NCBI GenBank assembly: GCA_963695545.1
Contig: OY968796.1
Coordinates: forward strand, 1,952,001 to 2,016,000
DNA length: 64,000 nucleotides
Reading direction: 5' to 3'
Origin: Terriglobia bacterium
GTDB lineage: Bacteria; Acidobacteriota; Terriglobia; Acidiferrales; UBA7541
This document shows positions 57,299-64,000 of this stretch, in pieces. The notes beneath the pieces were generated by a model. It saw only the letters and a program-made list of their open reading frames with translations, did no database searches and was not told where the DNA came from. Position 1 is the stretch's first letter. Each line of letters begins with the position of its first letter. The position numbers and the translations under genes are program-made.

Positions 57299-59170
57299 AT
57301 GACCGCGACACCGCAAAGCGCCACCCCCACATCGAAAATTTCCGCGCTGGCTGAGAAGGCCCGCATCCTGCGGATCCACTCGCTGCGCATGACCACCGCG
57401 GCGGGATCGGGGCATCCGACGTCGTGTCTTTCGATCGCGGAAATTATGGCGGCGATTTATTTCGACGCGATGAAATTCGATCCGAAAAATCCGTACGCGC
57501 TGGCGGGCGATCGCTTCGTGATGTCCAAGGGCCACGCCGCGCCGATCTTGTACGCCGCGCTGGCGGAAGCGGGCGTGATTCCGGTTTCGCGTTTGATGAC
57601 GCTGCGCACGCTTGACAGCGAACTCGAAGGCCATCCGACGCCGTGGATTCCCGGCGTGGATGCGGCGACGGGCTCGCTGGGACAGGGATTGTCGGTGGGC
57701 GCGGGACTTGCGATCGGCGCGAAACGCCAGGGCTCCGATGCGCACGTTTACGTGGTGATGGGCGACGGCGAAATGGCCGAAGGCAACGTGTGGGAAGCGG
57801 CGGAATTCGCGGCGCACTACGACATCGACAATTTAATTGCGATTGGCGACGTGAACGGGCTCGGCCAAAGCCAGCGCACGATGTATGACCACGACGCCGA
57901 AGTTTATCAGCGGAAATTCGAGTCCGAGGGCTGGACCGCGGGAGTGATCGATGGCCACGATTTGAATGCCGTCCTCGCGGCGCTCGCGCGCGGAAGAGCA
58001 AGCGAAGGCCGGCCGCACGCGATTCTGGCGCGCACGGAAAAGGGCCACGGCGTCAGCTTCCTCGCCGATAAGGACGGCTGGCACGGAAAGCCGCTTTCCG
58101 CCGATCAGCTGGTGAAGGCGCTGGCGGAACTCGAGCCCGTGCCGGCGATTATTCCTGACAACGGCATCTCCTGCGCGCGCAAATCGCTGCCCGTTCCGCC
58201 GGATTTTCCCGCGCCGACCGCGCTCACTTATAAATTGGGGGAATCGATCGCCACGCGTGAGGCTTACGGCACGGCGCTCGCACGGCTGGGCGAAGTGAAC
58301 GAGCAGATCATCGCCATCGACGGTGACGTGAAAAATTCCACGTTCGCCGAAACGTTTCAGAAGAGCTTCTCCGACCGGCTGATTCAAGGATTTATCGCCG
58401 AGCAAAATATGGTGAGCGTGGCCGTGGGTCTTCAGGCGCAGAATCTGGTGCCGTTCGTCGCGACGTTCGCCTGCTTCCTCTCGCGCGCGTTCGATCAGGT
58501 GCGCATGGCGGGAATCAGCCACAGCAATATCAATTTGTGCGGCTCGCACGCGGGGATTTCGATCGGCGAAGACGGGCCCTCGCAGATGGCGCTTGAAGAC
58601 ATCGCGGCATTCCGCGCGATTCCGGGCGCCGCGATTTTGTATCCGTCCGACGCGGTCGCCACGGAGAAGCTGGTCGAGGGCGCGGCGCGCCGGCCGGGAA
58701 TCGCTTACATTCGGACATCGCGGCCGAAGACGGCCGTGATCTACGGGAACGACGAGAAGTTTCCGATTCCCGGGCTCAAGGTCGTGCGGCAGAGCGCGCA
58801 AGATCGCGTCACAGTGATCGGCGCGGGCGTCACGCTGTATGAAGCGCTGAAGGCGGCCGATCAATTGAAGGGCAAGGGCGTTGCCATCCGCGTGATCGAT
58901 CTCTATTGCATCAAGCCGCTCGATACGGCGGCGCTGGTCGAAAATGTGCGCGCCACGGGCGGGCGAGTGGTCACCGTGGAGGATCACTATCCCGAGGGCG
59001 GCCTGGGCGAAGCGGTGCTTGCGGCGCTGGCGGAAGCGGGCGTCGCGGTGCAGGCCGCGCATCTAGCGGTCGATCGCGTGCCGCATTCAGGCAAAGAGGC
59101 CGAGCTGCTCGAAAAATTCGGCATTTCGGCGAGCCACGTGGTCGAAGCCGTCGAGCGTTTGACGAAGTAG
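57299..59170 (+). CDS. tkt: Transketolase
   Basis: GSGHPTS, DRFVMSKGHA, LEGHP, ATGSLGQG, GDGEMAEG, IAEQNM, IGEDGPSQM. Confidence 0.95.
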   Translation: MTATPQSATPTSKISALAEKARILRIHSLRMTTAAGSGHPTSCLSIAEIMAAIYFDAMKFDPKNPYALAGDRFVMSKGHAAPILYAALAEAGVIPVSRLMTLRTLDSELEGHPTPWIPGVDAATGSLGQGLSVGAGLAIGAKRQGSDAHVYVVMGDGEMAEGNVWEAAEFAAHYDIDNLIAIGDVNGLGQSQRTMYDHDAEVYQRKFESEGWTAGVIDGHDLNAVLAALARGRASEGRPHAILARTEKGHGVSFLADKDGWHGKPLSADQLVKALAELEPVPAIIPDNGISCARKSLPVPPDFPAPTALTYKLGESIATREAYGTALARLGEVNEQIIAIDGDVKNSTFAETFQKSFSDRLIQGFIAEQNMVSVAVGLQAQNLVPFVATFACFLSRAFDQVRMAGISHSNINLCGSHAGISIGEDGPSQMALEDIAAFRAIPGAAILYPSDAVATEKLVEGAARRPGIAYIRTSRPKTAVIYGNDEKFPIPGLKVVRQSAQDRVTVIGAGVTLYEALKAADQLKGKGVAIRVIDLYCIKPLDTAALVENVRATGGRVVTVEDHYPEGGLGEAVLAALAEAGVAVQAAHLAVDRVPHSGKEAELLEKFGISASHVVEAVERLTK

Positions 59171-59252
59171 CCCGGCATAGGCATTTAGAAGCCCACAGAG
59201 GAGCCATCGCGGCGCGGCAAAACGAATCGAAGCGCGTCGCGAAAATCAGCGC

Positions 59253-59528
59253 ATGTCGGAAAAACTTGTGTTCGTCGGCGTGATTCCCGACGTCGCCGTG
59301 ATCGGCCCCGACGAACAGATCGTATGGATTTCAAACGCGGGACATCTGAAGATCGAATTCGATCCGAACCGCTGCCCGTTCCCCTCGAACGTTTATCAAG
59401 CGCCCGCCGGCATGCACCTGCAATCCGGCGCGCCTCGCCCCGGCACCAAGCCCGGCTCGTATCGCTATCGCTTGTGGCTCAACGACCAGCCCGTCGGCGC
59501 CGGCGAAGTGATTTTGAGAGAGAAGTAG
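59253..59528 (+). CDS. Small beta-rich hypothetical protein
   Basis: Host-like codon style; IVW...LKIEF...PF...GSYRYRL. Confidence 0.55.
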   Translation: MSEKLVFVGVIPDVAVIGPDEQIVWISNAGHLKIEFDPNRCPFPSNVYQAPAGMHLQSGAPRPGTKPGSYRYRLWLNDQPVGAGEVILREK

Positions 59529-59685
59529 AAGTTCGCGAAGAATCTGCTCCCTCAATTCAGAGGTTGTGCCACTCGGCGGGCTTCGCCGAAGTTTGCCTGA
59601 TGACGAATTGGTTGTGACCAGGGTGGAGGGGAGGGTAGGATGCGCAAGCCAAGCGTCTAAACCGGAAATTCCGGAGGCACATCTT

Positions 59686-60210
59686 ATGACACTGTATTTC
59701 CTGGTTGCCACAATCGTCGTTTTCAGTTTTCACCTGGCAGGACACATCTTCGATGCAATCTCGATTATCCCCAATTGGAAGAGCGGTGAAGTCGAGGATA
59801 TGGAAAGAAACAAAGCCTTTTTTAGAGAAGGACAAATCCGATTTTTCTTTGGATTGATGATATCTTCCTGTTTCGTTGTTTCTCTTGTAACCATGATCCT
59901 GTTACTCGGAGATCGTGGTGCAGCAAGATTATTTGCAATCCTCGCTTTTGCTCTTTCCACCGCAACAAGTATTTGGACCGTTGTATATTTTGTTCCTATG
60001 AACAAATATTTTGAAGGAGGTGAGTATCAAGCCGACCGATTAAAACAGGTAGTCAGGAAATGGATAACTGCAAATCGCCTGCGATTCGTTCTGCTCACGC
60101 TTTGCCTGCTATTTTCGATACTCGCACTAACGCACTATCTGTCGCCGTTGTGCATAGGCGCCCGTTCACGAATATTGTCCGCCGGGATGCACTCTGTTCG
60201 GTTGAAATGA
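59686..60210 (+). CDS. DUF1772 / anthrone-oxygenase-like membrane protein (AT-rich)
   Basis: GGAGG RBS, four TM helices, PNW, TVVYFVPMN, W...NRLR. Confidence 0.65.
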   Translation: MTLYFLVATIVVFSFHLAGHIFDAISIIPNWKSGEVEDMERNKAFFREGQIRFFFGLMISSCFVVSLVTMILLLGDRGAARLFAILAFALSTATSIWTVVYFVPMNKYFEGGEYQADRLKQVVRKWITANRLRFVLLTLCLLFSILALTHYLSPLCIGARSRILSAGMHSVRLK

Positions 60211-60241
60211 GCGTCACTTCAGAGATTGCGCCGGGCCGCGC

Positions 60242-61525
60242 TTAGTTTTCTTGAACTTCCACCGACATTTGATCTGCCATCGCGTGGTCGCGCGGGAGGG
60301 ACTGGCCCGACCACAGGAGTTGCGAAGTCCACGGCGCGGGCGGGGCGCTCCAGAATTCATCCGAGGGCGGCAGGCCGAGGGGCAGCAGAGCGGCGCTGCA
60401 AAGGTAGAGGCTGCCGGTTGAAATGTAGGACTCCGCCAGAGTGGGCTGGTGGCCGCAGAAACCGATTTGCAGCCAACCGTGGGCGTCAAACGTGCCGGGG
60501 GCTTCGATCATTTTGCGAATCACGGCGGTGATCGCGCAGCGCGCTTGCGCGGGCTTTACCGGCGCGGGCAATTCGCGCATCCAGGCGATCTGCGCGAGCG
60601 CATGAAAGGCGCCGAAGCGATAGGTGGTGGAGCGGCCGAGCGAGGGAAACGAGCCGTCGGGCGCGATCAACCGCTCCAGAATTTGCGCGTAGCGTTTGGC
60701 GCGCGCGAGCTCGACGGCATATACGGATTCGTACTGGCTATCCTTTTGCTTTAGCACCGCGAGTACATCGACGAGCATCGGATGGATCACGAAACTATCG
60801 TAATAGTCCCAGTGAAAGAACGCGCCGTCGCCATACGCGCCATCGCCTTTGTACCAGCCGAGCATGCGATCGACGCAATCTTCAAGGCGACCCTTCAGCG
60901 TTTTTTCGCCGAACGTTCCCAGCGCGGCCTCAATCATCGCCGCGAAGAGCACCCAATTATTGGCGGTCGGCGTGGCGATTGCGCGGGAAGAAAGGAGTGC
61001 TTCGATAATTTGCCGCTGCACGCGCGCATCGAGCGCCTGCCAAAGCACCGCCGGCGCGCGAAGAATTCCCTGGGCCATGAAGGCCGTGTCCACAAGCGGC
61101 TGGCGGCCCTGGTTGAAATTCAGGAAGTCGGGCGAGCGAGGATCCGTTGCGGCATCCAGGCATTCCTGCGCCGTGGCCACGAAATGTTTTTGGCGCGTGA
61201 CCTCAGCCGCGTCGAGCGTTTGCGCCGCGAGCCACGGCGCGATGCCGGTGAGCGTCCGTCCGAAGGCTTCGAGGTGCGAATACGCCGCGCGAGGCGCGGG
61301 ATTCGCGATTTCAACGGGCATGTTTTTTCTTAATTCGCGTCGCGCGAGATTATCCAAAACCGGCGACGCGATTTTTTCGAGCACGTCGATCCAGTAGGCG
61401 CGGTCGTCCGCGACGGAAGCGGTGGTCGCCGGCATTTGCGCCGCGGCGATGGCAGCGGTCACATTCGTTGCGCCAGCCACGCCAAGCGCAGTCACAGATT
61501 TAAGGAAGTGTCGCCGGCTTTGCAC
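60242..61525 (-). CDS. Tat-exported DUF2264 family protein
   Basis: SRRHFLK signal, HLEAFGR...GIAPWL, QPLVD, NNWVLF, WYKGDG.YGDG, GRSTTYRFG, YISTGSLYLC. Confidence 0.88.
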   Translation of the reverse strand: MQSRRHFLKSVTALGVAGATNVTAAIAAAQMPATTASVADDRAYWIDVLEKIASPVLDNLARRELRKNMPVEIANPAPRAAYSHLEAFGRTLTGIAPWLAAQTLDAAEVTRQKHFVATAQECLDAATDPRSPDFLNFNQGRQPLVDTAFMAQGILRAPAVLWQALDARVQRQIIEALLSSRAIATPTANNWVLFAAMIEAALGTFGEKTLKGRLEDCVDRMLGWYKGDGAYGDGAFFHWDYYDSFVIHPMLVDVLAVLKQKDSQYESVYAVELARAKRYAQILERLIAPDGSFPSLGRSTTYRFGAFHALAQIAWMRELPAPVKPAQARCAITAVIRKMIEAPGTFDAHGWLQIGFCGHQPTLAESYISTGSLYLCSAALLPLGLPPSDEFWSAPPAPWTSQLLWSGQSLPRDHAMADQMSVEVQEN

Positions 61526-61579
61526 GAGGATGATCCTACTATCGTCGCGCCGAGCGATGTGCGGATTGTTTGGCCGCGC

Positions 61580-62002
61580 TCAGTCGCCGGCGGCGATGGC
61601 GCGGACTTGGTTCAGCGATTCGGCGAGAGTGCGGCGCACAGGCGCGAGCGCGAATGCGGGCACGGGGCGATCGGGCAGGACCGCGAAGCTAGGCGAGCGG
61701 TCGGGGAACTGGGCGCGGCGGTCGGGCTCAAGGCCTTCTTCGCGCAGAAGCTCAGCCGAAAGATTCGGGTCGTCGGTGCGGTCGACTCCCCAGAACCACA
61801 GGCGTTCTTCGGATTTTTGCAGGAATTGCAGAACGCTTTCGAGCTTCTTGATGCCGCGATCGAACGTGGAAACCAGGAAATAGACGGAGAGATTCCACTC
61901 GTTTCGCGCGAATCCGGCGCGAATGCGCACGCAGTATTTCCCGTTCTGGTTCAGCTCGATCGAGCAACAATATTCGTTTCGCCCTTCGGTTCTTGCGCGC
62001 AT
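61580..62002 (-). CDS. Hypothetical protein
   Basis: Protein-like segment YFL.STFDRGIKKLE..LQFLQK.EERLWFW; start uncertain. Confidence 0.55.
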   Translation of the reverse strand: MRARTEGRNEYCCSIELNQNGKYCVRIRAGFARNEWNLSVYFLVSTFDRGIKKLESVLQFLQKSEERLWFWGVDRTDDPNLSAELLREEGLEPDRRAQFPDRSPSFAVLPDRPVPAFALAPVRRTLAESLNQVRAIAAGD

Positions 62003-62346
62003 TGCACACCTCGCTCTGGCTCTATTCGCGCCCGGTGATCGGAGTTTCGGAGGCCTGTTTCCGCTCGCTCCCCGCCGGGCGGCGGGGAGTCCAGATCGGC
62101 CTCGTACGGCATTCGATGACGGTCCCATAACCTTCGGTGACGCTTTGAAGTTACGACTCGCGAAGACGATTGCTCAAACAGCACGATCAGGAATCAGGAC
62201 AAGGTCGGGAGGGCGATGTCCCTTGTTCGTGCCCCTTCTGGCTGAGGGGCAGCAACTGCGGACACAAATATGCTAGCCGAAGTCGAGGACAAAAACAACG
62301 GGGCAGAGAAATATTACTAACGCTTCTATTTTGAGCGAGTTACGAG

Positions 62347-64000
62347 CTAGCCCGGTGTGGTGAGGCGCTTCATCGCGTCGGGCATATATTTGATTTTGCC
62401 CTCTTGCTCAAGGCGCTGTTCGAGGGCGTCGCGGAAGGCATCGTAGGCGGCTTCGCGCTTGCTTTGCAGCAAATCCTGGGTGATGGATTGCTCTTGCTGG
62501 GTGAATTCGTCCTGGGTTGGGACGTCGTGCTCCACGACGCGGTAGACCACCCAATTCGCGCCAAGGAATATCGGATCGCCGGTCTGATTCACCGGCAAAT
62601 CGAAGGCCGCGGCGAGCTGCTTGGCGCTGCCGGCGTCCGGAATTTCGCCGTCGCGCGCAAACGCATCGCTGGTCTTGGCTTGCAGGTCGTCGGATTTGGC
62701 AATCGCGTCGAGCGTCTGGCCGGCCTTGCTGCGCTGCGCGATGTCCGCCGCAAGCTGCTTGGCCTGATCGACCGCCTTATCGTGGCGATAATCCTGCAGC
62801 ACGGTGTCGTGCATCTCGGCGAGAGTCGCGGGGTGCGCCGGCTGGATCTGCTTGACGCTCAGGATCACGTAGCCCGTATCGGTGTGGATCGGCGCGCTCA
62901 CGTCGTCGGCGCGCTCCTGGAGGATCTCCTGCTGCGCTTCGGGTGAGTTGATTCCGGGGAGCGTGTCGTTCGGCCCGAGCGGCTGCGATTCCTGAACCGT
63001 CAGGCCGTATTTCTTGGCGATGTCGGTCAATGGCACGCGCCCGCTGCGGCGAATGTCTTCGGCGATTTCGGAGGAGAGTTGGTCGGCGAGCGCCTGAGTC
63101 TTCTCGGTCTGCAGCGCCGCGGCGATGTCGGCCTTGACTTCGTCAAACGTTTGCGTGCGCGCCATCTGGCGCTCGATCACGTGGATGATATGAAATCCGT
63201 ATTGCGTGCGCACCAGATCCGAGATTGAGCCGACCGGAAGCGAAAAAGCGGCTTGCTCGAATTCCGGGACGGTCTGGCCGCGCACGATCCAGCCAAGATC
63301 GCCGCCCTGGTCCTTCGTGGTGTCGTCGGAATACTGCTTGGCGAGCGCCGCGAAGTCGCCGCCGTGCTTGGCTTTCTGGTCCACCATCTCGGCGGTCTTC
63401 TGGATTTCCGCAATTTCGGCGTCGGTCTTGCCGACGGTCTTGAACAAAATGTGCGCCACATGCACGCGGTCGTCGATGTGGTATTTATCGAGATTGGCCT
63501 GATAGTAGGCGCGCTCTTCGTCGTCGCTCACGGTCACGCGCGAAGCCAGGCTCGCGGGATCCAGCGTGACGTATTGCACCACGCGCTTTTCCGGCACAAC
63601 GTACTTCGCTTTATTTTTCTCGAAGTAGGCGGCCAGATCCGCGTCGCTCGGATCGATTTTGGATTGCAGGTCGTCCGGCTTGATCACGATGTATTCGATT
63701 TTTATTTTCTCGTTCTTCCAGCGAAATTCCTGCTGCACTTCTTGCGGCGTCACGCTGATGCCGTCCGTCACCAGTTGCTCGAATTTCTGCTCGACCAGAC
63801 TTTGGCGCACCAACTCCTCGAATTCCGGCACGCCCATCTGGAATCGTTCCTGCACGGCGGCGGCGTATTGGTCCATGCCCACGAAGGTATCGCCCTGAAA
63901 TGCCGTGGGCACGAGTTGCAGAATGCGATCGCGGCGATCCTCGTCGGTCACGCTTAGGCCCAGACGCTGCGCTTCCAGATCGAGCGCGTGCTGCAGCACA
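62347..64000 (-). CDS. SurA/PpiD-like peptidyl-prolyl isomerase (5' part beyond window)
   Basis: Parvulin motifs HVAHILFK, FAALAKQYSDD, GGDLGW, VPEFEQAAF, RTQYGFHII. Confidence 0.9.
   Translation of the reverse strand, partial: VLQHALDLEAQRLGLSVTDEDRRDRILQLVPTAFQGDTFVGMDQYAAAVQERFQMGVPEFEELVRQSLVEQKFEQLVTDGISVTPQEVQQEFRWKNEKIKIEYIVIKPDDLQSKIDPSDADLAAYFEKNKAKYVVPEKRVVQYVTLDPASLASRVTVSDDEERAYYQANLDKYHIDDRVHVAHILFKTVGKTDAEIAEIQKTAEMVDQKAKHGGDFAALAKQYSDDTTKDQGGDLGWIVRGQTVPEFEQAAFSLPVGSISDLVRTQYGFHIIHVIERQMARTQTFDEVKADIAAALQTEKTQALADQLSSEIAEDIRRSGRVPLTDIAKKYGLTVQESQPLGPNDTLPGINSPEAQQEILQERADDVSAPIHTDTGYVILSVKQIQPAHPATLAEMHDTVLQDYRHDKAVDQAKQLAADIAQRSKAGQTLDAIAKSDDLQAKTSDAFARDGEIPDAGSAKQLAAAFDLPVNQTGDPIFLGANWVVYRVVEHDVPTQDEFTQQEQSITQDLLQSKREAAYDAFRDALEQRLEQEGKIKYMPDAMKRLTTPG

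Overview
GC-rich bacterial chromosome segment. Gene content and style suggest Acidobacteriota (inference). The backbone carries gpmI, eno, glgC, dcp, rpsU, a purine-catabolism operon (guanine deaminase, three xanthine dehydrogenase subunits, allB, alc, uraD, uraH, uricase), cydAB, tRNA-Ile2(CAT), an HtrA pair with an atypical response regulator, queF, a Lon-like protease, tkt and a SurA/PpiD-like gene. The most unusual region is 51239-57159, an IS1595-family element with 22-bp TIRs and an 8-bp target duplication (GCAAGATG). Nested inside it are (i) an IS1-family passenger-carrying element with its own 18-bp TIRs and 8-bp duplication (AAAAATCC), (ii) an IS3 element that truncates a secreted protease gene, and (iii) a ~500-nt non-coding cassette behind a sigma70-like promoter. 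That cassette contains a D-armless G3:U70 tRNA/tmRNA-like mini-RNA and a complete long-variable-arm tRNA with a UAU anticodon. Separately, three intergenic regions share one architecture: a TATTCGAA motif, a near-consensus promoter, an array of 22-bp imperfect palindromes (39-bp period in two copies) and a G/C-rich end. No database searches or folding programs were run; all calls come from reading the sequence.
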